Shown: piece by piece, positions 44,201 to 56,900 of the stretch
Layout of the letters: the number at the start of each line of letters is the position of its first letter
How positions within the stretch are numbered: the stretch's first letter is position 1
NCBI GenBank assembly: GCA_030390025.1
Contig: JASTWF010000035.1
Coordinates: forward strand, 310,001 to 374,000
Source: Squalus acanthias
Taxonomy: Eukaryota
Reading direction: 5' to 3'
Length of the DNA: 64,000 bases
Translations under genes and position numbers: made by a program
Notes under the pieces: generated by a model
Told to the model about the DNA's origin: nothing
Seen by the model: the letters and a program-made list of their open reading frames with translations, nothing else
Database searches by the model: none

Positions 44201-47200
44201 GAGTGTTGTAGAGGAGGGAGGTGTAGAGGTGGGAGTGTTGTAGAGGAAGGAGTGTTGTAGAGGAGGGAGTGTTGTAGAGGAGGGAGTGTTGTAGCGGAGG
44301 GAGTGTTGTAGAGGAGGGAGTGTTGTAGTGGAGAGAGGTGTAGCGGAGGGAGTGTTGTAGAGGAGGGAGTGGTAGAGGAGGGAGTGTTGTAGAGGAGGGA
44401 GTGTTGTCGAGGAGGGAGTGTTGTAGAGGAGGGAGTGTTGTAGAGGAGGGAGTGTTGTAATGGATGGAGGTGTAGAGGAGGGAGTGTTGTAGAGGAGGAA
44501 GGTGTAGAGGAGGGAGTGTTGTAGAGGAGGGAGGTGTAGAGGAGGGAGTGTTGTAGAGGAGGGAGTGTTGTAGAGGAGGGAGTGTTGTAGAGGAGGGAGG
44601 TGTTGTAGAGGAGGGGAGTGTTGTAGCGGATGGAGGTGTTGTAGAGGAGGGAGGTGTTGTAGAGGATGGAGGTGTAGAGGAGCGAGTGTTGTAGAGGAGG
44701 GAGGTGTAGAGGAGGGAGTGTTGTAAAGGAGGGAGTGTTGTAGAGGAGGGAGTGTTGTAGAGGAGGGAGTGTTGTAGAGGAGGGTGGTGTTGTAGAGTAG
44801 GGGAGTGTTGTAGCGGAGGGAGGTGTTGTAGCGGAGGGAGGTGTTGAAGAGGAGGGAGGTGTTGTAGAGGAGGGAGTGTTGTAGTGGAGGGAGTGTTGTA
44901 GAGGAGGGAGTGTTGTAGAGGAGGGAGTATTAGAGGAGGGAGTGTTGTAGAGGAGGGAGTGTTGCAGCGGAGGGAGTGTTGTAGAGGAGGGAGTGTTGTA
45001 GAGGAGGGAGTGTTGTAGAGGAGTGAGTGTTGTAGAGGAGGGAGGTGTTGTAGCGGAGGGAGTGCTGCAGCGGAGGGAGTGTTGCAGAGGAGGGAGTGTT
45101 GTAGAGGAGGGAGTGTTGTAGAGGAGGGAGTGTTGTAGAGGAGGGAGGTGTAGAGGAGGGAGTGTTGTAGAGGAGGGAGTGTTGTAGAGGAGGGAGGTGT
45201 TGTAGAGGAGGGAGGTGTAGAGGAGGGAGGTGTTGTAGAGGAGGGAGGTGTTGTAGAGGAGGGAGTGTTGTAGAGGAGGGAGGTGTAGAGGAGGGAGTGT
45301 TGTAGAGGAGGGAGTGTTGTAGAGGAGGGAGGTGTTGTAGAGGAGGGAGTCTTGTGGAGGAGGGAGTGTTGTAGAGGAGGGAGGTGTAGAGGAGGGAGTG
45401 TTGTAGAGGAGGGAGTGTTGTAGAGGAGGGAGGTGTTGTAGAGGAGGGAGGTGTAGAGGAGGGAGGTGTTGTAGAGGAGGGAGGTGTAGAGGAGGGAGGT
45501 GTAGAGGAGGGAGTGTTGTAGAGGAGGGAGTGTTGTAGAGGAGGGAGTGTTGCAGAGGAGGGAGTGTTGTAGAGGAGGGAGTGTTGTAGAGGAGGGAGGT
45601 GTTGTAGAGGAGGGAGTGTTGTAGAGGAGGGAGTGTTGTAGAGGAGGGAGTGTTGTAGCGGAGGGAGTGTTGTAGAGGAGGGAGTGCTGTAGAGGAGGGA
45701 GTGTTGTAGAGGAGGGAGGTGTAGAGGAGGGAGGTGTTGTAGAGGAGGGTGTGTTGTAGCGGAGGGAGTGTTGTAGAGGAGGGAGTGTTGTAGAGGAGGG
45801 AGTGTTGTAGCGGAGGGAGTGTTGTAGAGGAGGGAGTGTTGTAGAGGAGGGAGGTGTAGAGGAGGGAGGTGTTGTAGAGGAGGGAGTGTTGTAGCGGAGG
45901 GAGTGTTGTAGAGGAGGGAGTGTTGTAGAGGAGGGAGGTGTAGAGGTGGGAGTGTTGTAGAGGAAGGAGTGTTGTAGCGGAGGGAGTGTTGTAGAGGAGA
46001 GAGGTGTAGCGGAGGGAGTGTTGTAGAGGAGGGAGTGGTAGAGGAGGGAGTGTTGTAGAGGAGGGAGTGTTGTCGAGGAGGGAGTGTTGTAGAGGAGGGA
46101 GTGTTGTAGAGGAGGGAGTGTTGTAATGGATGGAGGTGTAGAGGAGGGAGTGTTGTAGAGGAGGGAGGTGTAGAGGAGGGAGTGTTGTAGAGGAGGGAGT
46201 GTTGTAGAGGAGGGAGTGTTGTAGAGGAGGGAGGTGTTGTAGAGGAGGGAGGTGTTGTAGAGGATGGAGGTGTAGAGGAGCGAGTGTTGTAGAGGAGGGA
46301 GGTGTAGAGGAGGGAGTGTTGTAAAGGAGGGAGTGTTGTAGAGGAGGGAGTGTTGTAGAGGAGGGAGTGTTGTAGAGGAGGGTGGTGTTGTAGAGTAGGG
46401 GAGTGTTGTAGCGGAGGGAGGTGTTGTAGCGGAGGGAGGTGTTGAAGAGGAGGGAGGTGTTGTAGAGGAGGGAGTGTTGTAGCGGAGGGAGTGTTGTAGA
46501 GGAGGGAGTGTTGTAGAGGAGGGAGTGTTGTAGAGGAGGGAGGTGTAGAGGAGGGAGTGTTGTAAAGGAGGGAGTGTTGTAGAGGAGGGAGGGGTTGTAG
46601 CGGAGGGAGTGTTGTAGAGCAGTGGAGTGTTGTATAGGAGTGGAGTGTTGTAGAGGAGGGAGGTGTTGTCGCGGAGGGAGTGTTCCAGATGAGGGAGGTG
46701 TAGAGGAGGGAGGTGTAGAGGAGGGAGGTGTAGAGGAGGGAGGTTTAGAGGAGGGAGGTGTTGAGGAGGGAGGTGTTGTAGAGGAGGGAGTGTTGTAGCG
46801 GTGGGAGTGTTGTAGAGGAGGGAGTGTTGTAGAGGAGGGAGTGCTGTAGCGGAGGGAGTGTTGTAGCGGAAGGAAGTATTGTAGAGGAGGGAGTGTTGTA
46901 GCGGAAGGAGGTGTAGCGGAGGGAGTGTTGTAGAGGAGGGAGTATTAGAGGAGGGAGTGTTGTAGAGGAGGGAGTGTTGCAGCGGAGGGAGTGTTGTAGA
47001 GGAGGGAGTGTTGTGGAGGAGGGAGTGTTGTAGAGGAGTGAGTGTTGTAGAGGAGGGAGGTGTTGTAGCGGAGGGAGTGTTGCAGCGGAGGGAGTGTTGC
47101 AGAGGAGGGAGTGTTGTAGAGGAGGGAGTGTTGTAGAGGAGGGAGTGTTGTAGAGGAGGGAGGTGTAGAGGAGGGAGTGTTGTAGAGGAGGTAGTGTTGT

Positions 47201-50200
47201 AGAGGAGGGAGGTGTTGTAGAGGAGGGAGGTGTAGAGGAGGGAGGTGTTGTAGAGGAGGGAGGTGTTGTAGAGGAGGGAGTGTTGTAGAGGAGGGAGGTG
47301 TAGAGGAGGGAGTGTTGTAGAGGAGGGAGGTGTTGTAGAGGAGGGAGTGTTGTAGAGGAGGGAGTGTTGTAGAGGAGGGAGGTGTAGAGGAGGCAGTGTT
47401 GTAGAGGAGGGAGTGTTGTAGAGGGGGGAGGTGTTGTAGAGGAGGGAGTGTTGTAGAGGAGGGAGTGTTGTAGAGGAGGGAGTGTTGTAGAGGAGGGAGT
47501 GTTGTAGAGGAGGGAGTGTTGTAGAGGAGGGAGTGTTGTAGAGGAGGGAGGTGTTGTAGAGGAGGGAGGTGTAGAGGAGGGAGTGTTGTAGAGGAGGGAG
47601 GTGTAGAGGAGGGAGGTGTAGAGGAGGGAGTGTTGTAGCGGAGGGAGTGTTGTAGAGGAGGGAGTGTTGTAGAGGAGGGAGGTGTTGTAGAGGAGGGAGT
47701 GTTGTAGAGGAGGGAGTGTTGTAGAGGAGGGAGTGTTGTAGCAGAGGGAGTGTTGTAGAGGAGGGAGTGTTGTAGAGGAGGGAGTGTTGTAGCGGAGGGA
47801 GGTGTTGTAGAGGAGGGAGGTGTTGTAGCGGAGGGAGGTGTTGTAGAGGAGGGAGTGTTGTAGAGGAGGGAGTGTTGTAGAGGAGGGAGTGTTCTAGAGG
47901 AGGGAGGTGTTGTAGAGGAGGGGAGTGTTGTCGCAGAGGGAGGTGTTGTAGAGGAGGGAGGTGTTGTAGCGGAGGGAGGTGTAGAGGAGGGAGTGTTGTA
48001 GAGGAGGGAGTGTTGTAGAGGAGGGAGTGTTGTAGAGGAGGGAGGTGTTGTAGAGGAGGGGAGTGTTGTAGCGGATGGAGGTGTTGTAGAGGAGGGAGGT
48101 GTTGTAGAGGAGGAAGGTGTAGAGGAGGGAGTGTTGTAGAGGAGGGAGGTGTAGAGGAGGGAGTGTTGTAGAGGAGGGAGTGTTGTAGAGGAGGGAGTGT
48201 TGTAGAGGAGGGAGGTGTTGTAGAGGAGGGGAGTGTTGTAGCGGATGGAGGTGTTGTAGAGGAGGGAGGTGTTGTAGCGGAGGGAGGTGTTGTAGAGGAG
48301 GGAGTGTTGTAGAGGAGGGAGTGTTGTAGAGGAGGGAGTGTTCTAGAGGAGGGAGGTGTTGTAGAGGAGGGGAGTGTTGTCGCAGAGGGAGGTGTTGTAG
48401 AGGAGGGAGGTGTTGTAGCGGAGGGAGGTGTTGGAGCGGAGGGAGGTGTTGTAGAGGAGGGAGTGTTGTAGAGGAGGGAGTGTTGTAGAGGAGGGAGTGT
48501 TGTAGAGGAGGGAGTGTTGTAGAGGAGGGAGTGTTGTAGCAGAGGGAGTGTTGTAGAGGAGGGAGTGTTGTAGAGGAGGGAGTGTTGTAGAGGAGGGAGG
48601 TGTAGAGGAGGGAGTGTTGTAGAGGAGGGAGTGTTGTAGCGGAGGGAGTGTTGTAGAGGAGGGAGTGTTGTAGAGGAGGGAGTGTTGTAGAGGAGGGAGT
48701 GTTGTAGAGGAGGAGTGTTGTAGAGGAGGGAGTGTTGTAGAGGAGGGAGTGTTGTAGAGGAGGGAGTGTTGTAGAGGAGGGAGTGTTGTAGAGGAGGGAG
48801 TGTTGTAGAGGAGGGAGTGTTGTAGAGGAGGGAGTGTTGTAATGGATGGAGGTGTAGAGGAGGGAGTGTTGTACAGGAGGAAGGTGTAGAGGAGGGAGTG
48901 TTGTAGAGGAGGGAGGTGTAGAGGAGGGAGTGTTGTAGAGGAGGGAGTGTTGTAGAGGAGGGAGTGTTGTAGAGGAGGGAGGTGTTGTAGAGGAGGGGAG
49001 TGTTGTAGCGGATGGAGGTGTTGTAGAGGAGGGAGGTGTTGTAGCGGAGGGAGGTGTTGTAGAGGAGGGAGTGTTGTAGAGGAGGGAGTGTTGTAGAGGA
49101 GGGAGTGTTCTAGAGGAGGGAGGTGTTGTAGAGGAGGGGAGTGTTGTCGCAGAGGGAGGTGTTGTAGAGGAGGGAGGTGTTGTAGCGGAGGGAGGTGTTG
49201 GAGCGGAGGGAGGTGTTGTAGAGGAGGGAGGTGTTGTAGCAGAGGGATGTGTTGTAGAGGAGGGAGTGTTGTAGAGGAGGGAGTGTTGTAGAGGAGGGAG
49301 TGTTGTAGAGGAGGGAGTGTTGTAGAGGAGGGAGTGTTGTAGAGGAGGGAGTGTTGTAGCGGAAGGAGGTGTAGTGGAGGGAGTGTTGTAGAGGAGGGAG
49401 TGGTAGAGGAGGGAGTATTGTAGAGGAGGGAGGTGTAGAGGAGCAAGTGTTGTAGAAGAGGGAGTGTTGCAGAGGAGGGAGGTGTAGAGGAGGGAGTGTT
49501 GTAGAGGAGGGAGTGTTGTAGAGGAGGGAGTGTTGTGGAGGAGGGAGTGTTGCGGAGGAGGGAGTGTTGTGGAGGAGGGAGTGTTGTGGAGGAGGGAGTG
49601 TTGTGGAGGAGGGAGTGTTGTAGAGGAGGGAGTGTTGTAGAGGTGGGGAGTGTTGTAGCGGAGGGAGGTGTTGTAGCGGAGGGAGGTGTTGAAGAGGAGG
49701 GAGGTGTTGTAGAGGAGGGAGTGTTGTAGCGGAGGGAGTGTTGTAGAGGAGGAAGGTGTAGAGGAGGGAGTGTTGTAGAGGAGGGAGGTGTAGAGGAGGG
49801 AGTGTTGTAGAGGAGGGAGTGTTGTAGAGGAGGGAGTGTTGTAGAGGAGGGAGGTGTTGTAGAGGAGGGGAGTGTTGTAGCGGATGGAGGTGTTGTAGAG
49901 GAGGGAGGTGTTGTAGAGGATGGAGGTGTAGAGGAGCGAGTGTTGTAGAGGAGGGAGGTGTAGAGGAGGGAGTGTTGTAAAGGAGGGAGTGTTGTAGAGG
50001 AGGGAGTGTTGTAGAGGAGGGAGTGTTGTAGAGGAGGGTGGTGTTGTAGAGTAGGGGAGTGCTGTAGCGGAGGGAGGTGTTGTAGCGGAGGGAGGTGTTG
50101 AAGAGGAGGGAGGTGTTGTAGAGGAGGGAGTGTTGTAGCGGAGGGAGTGTTGTAGAGGAGGGAGTGTTGTAGAGGAGGGAGTGTTGTAGAGGAGGGAGGT

Positions 50201-51388
50201 GTAGAGGAGGGAGTGTTGTAAAGGAGGGAGTGTTGTAGAGGAGGGAGGGGTTGTAGCGGAGGGAGTGTTGTAGAGCAGTGGAGTGTTGTATAGGAGTGGA
50301 GTGTTGTAGAGGAGGGAGGTGTTGTCGCGGAGGGAGTGTTCCAGATGAGGGAGGTGTAGAGGAGGGAGGTGTAGAGGAGGGAGGTGTAGAGGAGGGAGGT
50401 TTAGAGGAGGGAGGTGTTGAGGAGGGAGGTGTTGTAGAGGAGGGAGTGTTGTAGCGGTGGGAGTGTTGTAGAGGAGGGAGTGTTGTAGAGGAGGGAGTGC
50501 TGTAGCGGAGGGAGTGTTGTAGAGGAGGGAGTATTAGAGGAGGGAGTGTTGTAGAGGAGGGAGTGTTGCAGCGGAGGGAGTGTTGTAGAGGAGGGAGTGT
50601 TGTGGAGGAGGGAGTGTTGTAGAGGAGTGAGTGTTGTAGAGGAGGGAGGTGTTGTAGCGGAGGGAGTGTTGCAGCGGAGGGAGTGTTGCAGAGGAGGGAG
50701 TGTTGTAGAGGAGGGAGTGTTGTAGAGGAGGGAGTGTTGTAGAGGAGGGAGTGTTGTAGAGGAGGGAGTGTTGTAGAGGAGGGAGGTGTAGAGGAGGGAG
50801 TGTTGTAGAGGAGGGAGTGTTGTAGAGGAGGGAGTGTTGTAGAGGAGGGAGGTGTAGAGGAGGGAGTGTTGTAGAGGAGGGAGTGTTGTAGAGGAGGGAG
50901 GTGTTGTAGAGGAGGGAGGTGTAGAGGAGGGAGGTGTTGTAGAGGAGGGAGGTGTTGTAGAGGAGGGAGTGTTGTAGAGGAGGGAGGTGTAGAGGAGGGA
51001 GTGTTGTAGAGGAGGGAGGTGTTGTAGAGGAGGGAGTGTTGTAGAGGAGGGAGTGTTGTAGTGGAGGGAGGTGTAGAGGAGGGAGTGTTGTAGAGGAGGG
51101 AGTGTTGTAGAGGAGGGAGGTGTTGTAGAGGAGGGAGGTGTAGAGGAGGGAGGTGTTGTAGAGGAGGGAGGTGCAGAGGAGGGAGGTGTAGAGGAGGGAG
51201 TGTTGTAGAGGAGGGAGTGTTGTAGAGGAGGGAGTGTTGCAGAGGAGGGAGTGTTGTAGAGGAGGGAGTGTTGTAGAGGAGGGAGGTGTTGTAGAGGAGG
51301 GAGTGTTGTAGAGGAGGGAGTGTTGTAGAGGAGGGAGTGTTGTAGCAGAGGGAGTGTTGTAGAGGAGGGAGTGCTGTAGAGGAGGGAG

Positions 51389-53990
51389 TAAGAACATAAG
51401 AACATAAGAAATAGGAGCAGGAGTAGGCCAATCGGCCCCTCGAGCCTGCTCCGCCATTCAATAAGATCATGGCTGATCTGATCCTAACCGCCAATCTACT
51501 ATCTATCACAGAACCATCTCCTGCATCTAACAGAATTGCACACACGAAATAGGAGCAGAATCAGGCTACGCAGTCCCTGGGCCCGCTCCACTACCCACAG
51601 GGCCATGACCGATCCGAACCTAGACTCATGTCCAAATTCCTGCCCGCTTCCCGTAACCCTTAATGCCCTTTACTTCTAGGAAACTGTCTATTTCTGTTTT
51701 AAATTTAATTAATGTTGTAGCTTCTACAGCTTTTTGTGGCAGCATATTCCATGGACCTACCACCCTCTGAGTGAAGTAGTTCCTCCTCATCTCAGTTTTG
51801 AAAGAGCAGCCCCTTATTCTAAGACTATGTCCCCTAGTTCTCGTCTCACCCGTCATCGGGAACATCCTCCCCGCATCCACCCGATCCAACCCCTTCACAA
51901 TCTTATATGTTTCAATAAGATCGCCTCTCATTCTTCTGAACTCCAATGAGTAGAGTCCCAATCTACCCAACCTCTCCTCATATGACCACCCCCTCATCCC
52001 CGGGATTAACCGAGTGAACCTTTTTTGCACTGCCTCGAGAGCAAGGATGTCTTTCCTTAAGTAAGGACACCAAAACTGTATGCAGTATTCCAGGTGCGGT
52101 CTCACCAATACCTTGTACAACTGAAGCAATACCTCCCTATTTTTATATTCTATCCCCCTAGCAATGAAAGCCAACATTCCATTTGCCTTCTTAATCACTT
52201 GCTGCACCTGCATACTAACCTTTTGAGTTTCGTGCACCAGGACCCCCAGATCCCTTTGCACTTCAGTACTCTCCAGTTTCTTGCCATTAAGATAATAAAT
52301 TGCTCTAGGATTTTTCCTGCCAAAGTGCATCACCTCACACTTTCCAGTGTTGTATTCCATCTGCCAAATCTCTGCCCACTTACTTAGCCTGTCTATGTCC
52401 CCTTGCAGGTTTTTTATGTCCTCCTCACTCACTACTTTCCCTCCCATCTTTGTATCATCTGCAAATTTTGATATGTTACACTTGGTCCCTTCCTCCAAAT
52501 CGTTAATATAGATTGTGAAGAGTTGGGGACCCAGCACTGACCCCTGTGGAACACCACTAGTTACTGATTGCCAGTCTGAGAATGAACCATTTATCCCAAC
52601 TCTTTGCTTTCTGTTAGATAGCCAATCCTCTATCCATGCCAGAATATTACCCCCAATCCCGTGATTTTTTACCTTAAGCAATAATCTTTTGTGTGGCACC
52701 TTGTCAAATGCCTTTTGGAAGTCTAAATACACTACGTCCACTGGTTCCCCTTTATCCACTCTATATGTTACTTCCTCAAAGAACTCCAGCAAATTTGTCA
52801 AACATGACTTCCCCTTCGTAAAACCATGCTGACTTTGTCCTATTAAATTATGATTATCCAAATGTCCTGTTACTGTTTCCTTAATAATGGACTCCAAAAT
52901 TTTACCTACCACAGATGTTAGGCTAACCGGTCTATAGTTACCAGCCTTCTGTCTACTGCCCTTTTTAAATAAGGGTGTTACATTAGCAGTTTTCCAGTCT
53001 GCCGGGACCTTAGCGGAATCCAGGGAGTTTTGAAAAATTATTACCAATGCATCTACAATCCCTACCGCCACTTCCTTCAAGACTCTAGGATGTAAGCCAT
53101 CAGGTCCAGGTGATTTATCCGCCTTGGGTCCCATTATTTTACCGAGTACCACTTCCTTAGTGATTTTGATCGTGTTTAGCTCCTCTCCCCCTATAGCCCC
53201 CTGTTTGTCCAGTGTTGGGATATTCTTAGTGTCCTCTACTGTAAAGACTGATACAAAATATTCATTCAGTGTTTTTGCCATCTCCATATTTCCCACCATT
53301 AATTTCCCGGTCTCATCCTCTAAGGGACCAACATTTACTTTAGCCACCCTTTTTCTTTTTATATAACTATAAAAACTCTTACTATCTGTTTTTATATTTT
53401 TTGCTAATTTACTTTCATAATCTATCTTCCCTTTCTTAATCAATCTTTTTGTTATTTTTTGCTGCCTTTTAAAGTTTTCCCAATCCTCTGTCCTCCCACT
53501 AGATTTCGCTACCTTATATGCCCTTGTTTTTAGTCGAATACTATCCTTAATTTCTTTACTTAGCCACGGATGACTGTCCTTTCTTTTACACCCTTTTCTT
53601 TTCAGTGGAATATATTTTTTTTGGAAGTTGTAAAATAACTCCTTGAATGTACACCACTGATCATGTGTCGTCTTACCCTTTAATCTATTTTCCCAATCCA
53701 CTCTACTCAATTCCGCTCGCATACCTTCATAGTCTCCTTTATTCAAGCTTAGCACGCTTGTTTGAGATCCAACCTTCTCACCCTCTAATTGAGTATGGAA
53801 TTCAACCATGTTATGGTCACTCATTCCAAGGGGATCCTTTACTAGGACATTTTTAATTAATCCTGTCTCGTTACACAGGACCAGATCTAAGGTTGCTTGC
53901 CCCCTGGTCGGTTCAGTTACATACTGCTCAAGAAACCCATCCCTAATACACTCAATGAACTCATCCTCAAGGCAGCCCTGCCCCATTTGT
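51389..53990 (-). mobile_element. 5'-truncated CR1-type LINE (about 2.6 kb)
   Basis: Long ORF2 fragment, 3' UTR and (TGTTCTTA)n tail, with satellite on both sides. Confidence 0.95.
51626..53986 (-). CDS. CR1-type ORF2 fragment: end of APE endonuclease plus complete RT (786 aa open)
   Basis: TRGQATLDLV and SDHNMV (EN end); KSPGPDGLHP, QHGF, YLDFQKAFD, GVPQGSVLGP and FADD (RT). No stops or frameshifts. Confidence 0.92.
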   Translation of the reverse strand: MGQGCLEDEFIECIRDGFLEQYVTEPTRGQATLDLVLCNETGLIKNVLVKDPLGMSDHNMVEFHTQLEGEKVGSQTSVLSLNKGDYEGMRAELSRVDWENRLKGKTTHDQWCTFKELFYNFQKKYIPLKRKGCKRKDSHPWLSKEIKDSIRLKTRAYKVAKSSGRTEDWENFKRQQKITKRLIKKGKIDYESKLAKNIKTDSKSFYSYIKRKRVAKVNVGPLEDETGKLMVGNMEMAKTLNEYFVSVFTVEDTKNIPTLDKQGAIGGEELNTIKITKEVVLGKIMGPKADKSPGPDGLHPRVLKEVAVGIVDALVIIFQNSLDSAKVPADWKTANVTPLFKKGSRQKAGNYRPVSLTSVVGKILESIIKETVTGHLDNHNLIGQSQHGFTKGKSCLTNLLEFFEEVTYRVDKGEPVDVVYLDFQKAFDKVPHKRLLLKVKNHGIGGNILAWIEDWLSNRKQRVGINGSFSDWQSVTSGVPQGSVLGPQLFTIYINDLEEGTKCNISKFADDTKMGGKVVSEEDIKNLQGDIDRLSKWAEIWQMEYNTGKCEVMHFGRKNPRAIYYLNGKKLESTEVQRDLGVLVHETQKVSMQVQQVIKKANGMLAFIARGIEYKNREVLLQLYKVLVRPHLEYCIQFWCPYLRKDILALEAVQKRFTRLIPGMRGWSYEERLGRLGLYSLEFRRMRGDLIETYKIVKGLDRVDAGRMFPMTGETRTRGHSLRIRGCSFKTEMRRNYFTQRVVGPWNMLPQKAVEATTLIKFKTEIDSFLEVKGIKGYGKRAGIWT

Positions 53991-56900
53991 AGAGTGTTGT
54001 AGAGGAGGGAGGTGTAGAGGAGGGAGGTGTTGTAGAGGAGGGAGTGTTGTAGCGGAGGGAGTGTTGTAGAGGAGGGAGTGTTGTAGAGGAGGGAGTGTTG
54101 TAGCGGAGGGAGTGTTGTAGAGGAGGGAGTGTTGTAGAGGAGGGAGGTGTAGAGGTGGGAGTGTTGTAGAGGAAGGAGTGTTGTAGAGGAGGGAGTGTTG
54201 TAGAGGAGGGAGTGTTGTAGCGGAGGGAGTGTTGTAGAGGAGGGAGTGTTGTAGCGGAGAGAGGTGTAGCGGAGGGAGTGTTGTAGAGGAGGGAGTGGTA
54301 GAGGAGGGAGTGTTGTAGAGGAGGGAGTGTTGTAGAGGAGGGAGTGTTGTAGAGGAGGGAGTGTTGTAGAGGAGGGAGTGTTGTAATGGATGGAGGTGTA
54401 GAGGAGGGAGTGTTGTAGAGGAGGAAGGTGTAGAGGAGGGAGTGTTGTAGAGGAGGGAGGTGTAGAGGAGGGAGTGTTGTAGAGGAGGGAGTGTTGTAGA
54501 GGAGGGAGGTGTTGTAGAGGAGGGGAGTGTTGTAGCGGATGGAGGTGTTGTAGAGGAGGGAGGTGTTGTAGCGGAGGGAGGTGTTGTAGAGGAGGGAGTG
54601 TTGTAGAGGAGGGAGTGTTGTAGAGGAGGGAGTGTTCTAGAGGAGGGAGGTGTTGTAGAGGAGGGGAGTGTTGTCGCAGAGGGAGGTGTTGTAGAGGAGG
54701 GAGGTGTTGTAGCGGAGGGAGGTGTTGGAGCGGAGGGAGGTGTTGTAGAGGAGGGAGGTGTTGTAGCGGAGGGATGTGTTGTAGAGGAGGGAGTGTTGTA
54801 GAGGAGGGAGTGTTGTAGAGGAGGGAGTGTTGTAGAGGAGGGAGTGTTGTAGAGGAGGGAGTGTTGTAGCGGAAGGAGGTGTAGTGGAGGGAGTGTTGTA
54901 GAGGAGGGAGTGGTAGAGGAGGGAGTATTGTAGAGGAGGGAGGTGTAGAGGAGCAAGTGTTGTAGAGGAGGGAGTGTTGCAGAGGAGGGAGGTGTAGAGG
55001 AGGGAGTGTTGTAGAGGAGGGAGTGTTGTAGAGGAGGGAGTGTTGTGGAGGAGGGAGTGTTGCGGAGGAGGGAGTGTTGTGGAGGAGGGAGTGTTGTGGA
55101 GGAGGGAGTGTTGTGGAGGAGGGAGTGTTGTAGAGGAGGGAGTGTTGTAGAGGAGGGAGTGTTGTAGAGGAGGTAGTGTTGTAGAGGAGGGAGGTGTTGT
55201 AGAGGAGGGAGGTGTAGAGGAGGGAGGTGTTGTAGAGGAGGGAGGTGTTGTAGAGGAGGGAGTGTTGTAGAGGAGGGAGGTGTAGAGGAGGGAGTGTTGT
55301 AGAGGAGGGAGGTGTTGTAGAGGAGGGAGTGTTGTAGAGGAGGGAGTGTTGTAGAGGAGGGAGGTGTAGAGGAGGGAGTGTTGTAGAGGAGGGAGTGTTG
55401 TAGAGGAGGGAGGTGTTGTAGAGGAGGGAGGTGTAGAGGAGGGAGGTGTTGTAGAGGAGGGAGGTGCAGAGGAGGGAGGTGTAGAGGAGGGAGTGTTGTA
55501 GAGGAGGGAGTGTTGTAGAGGAGGGAGTGTTGCAGAGGAGGGAGTGTTGTAGAGGAGGGAGTGTTGTAGAGGAGGGAGGTGTTGTAGAGGAGGGAGTGTT
55601 GTAGAGGAGGGAGTGTTGTAGAGGAGGGAGTGTTGTAGCGGAGGGAGTGTTGTAGAGGAGGGAGTGCTGTAGAGGAGGGAGTGTTGTAGAGGAGGGAGGT
55701 GTAGAGGAGGGAGGTGTTGTAGAGGAGGGAGTGTTGTAGCGGAGGGAGTGTTGTAGAGGAGGGAGTGTTGTAGAGGAGGGAGTGTTGTAGCGGAGGGAGT
55801 GTTGTAGAGGAGGGAGTGTTGTAGAGGAGGGAGGTGTAGAGGTGGGAGTGTTGTAGAGGAAGGAGTGTTGTAGAGGAGGGAGTGTTGTAGAGGAGGGAGT
55901 GTTGTAGCGGAGGGAGTGTTGTAGAGGAGGGAGTGTTGTAGCGGAGAGAGGTGTAGCGGAGGGAGTGTTGTAGAGGAGAGAGTGGTAGAGGAGGGAGTGT
56001 TGTAGAGGAGGGAGTGTTGTAGAGGAGGGAGTGTTGTAGAGGAGGGAGTGTTGTAGAGGAGGGAGTGTTGTAATGGATGGAGGTGTAGAGGAGGGAGTGT
56101 TGTAGAGGAGGAAGGTGTAGAGGAGGGAGTGTTGTAGAGGAGGGAGTGTTGTCGAGGAGTGAGGTGTTGTAGAGGAGGGAGTGTTGTAGAGGAGGGAGTG
56201 TTGTAGAGGAGGGAGTGTTGTAGAGGAGGGAGGTGTTGTAGAGGAGGGGAGTGTTGTAGCGGATGGAGGTGTTGTAGAGGAGGGAGGTGTTGTAGCGGAG
56301 GGAGGTGTTGTAGAGGAGGGAGTGTTGTAGAGGAGGGAGTGTTGTAGAGGAGGGAGTGTTCTAGAGGAGGGAGGTGTTGTAGAGGAGGGGAGTGTTGTCG
56401 CAGAGGGAGGTGTTGTAGAGGAGGGAGGTGTTGTAGCGGAGGGAGGTGTTGGAGCGGAGGGAGGTGTTGTAGAGGAGGGAGGTGTTGTAGCGGAGGGAGT
56501 GTTGTAGAGGAGGGAGTGTTGTAGAGGAGGGAGTGTTGTAGAGGAGGGAGTGTTGTAGAGGAGGGAGTGTTGTAGAGGAGGGAGTGTTGTAGAGGAGGGA
56601 GTGTTGTAGCGGAGGGAGTGTGTAGAGGAGGGAGTGTTGTAGAGGAGGGAGTGTTGTAGAGGAGGGAGTGTTGTAGAGGAGGGAGTGTTGTAGAGGAGGG
56701 AGGTGTAGAGGAGGGAGGTGTAGAGGAGGGAGTGTTGTAGAGGAGGGAGTGTTGTAGAGGAGGGAGTGTTGTAGAGGAGGGAGTGTTGTAGAGGAGGGAG
56801 TGTTGTAGAGGAGGGAGTGTTGTAGAGGAGGGAGTGTTGTAGAGGAGGGAGTGTTGTAGAGGAGGGAGTGTTGTAGAGGAGGGAGTGTTGTAGAGGAGGG

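Noticed and set aside
30273..54956. Long minus-strand ORFs (307-811 aa; LQHSLLYNTPSSTTLPP repeats) resembling mucins
   Set aside because: The C-rich strand of the 17-bp unit lacks stop codons and three units give a 17-aa repeat, so these are satellite artefacts.
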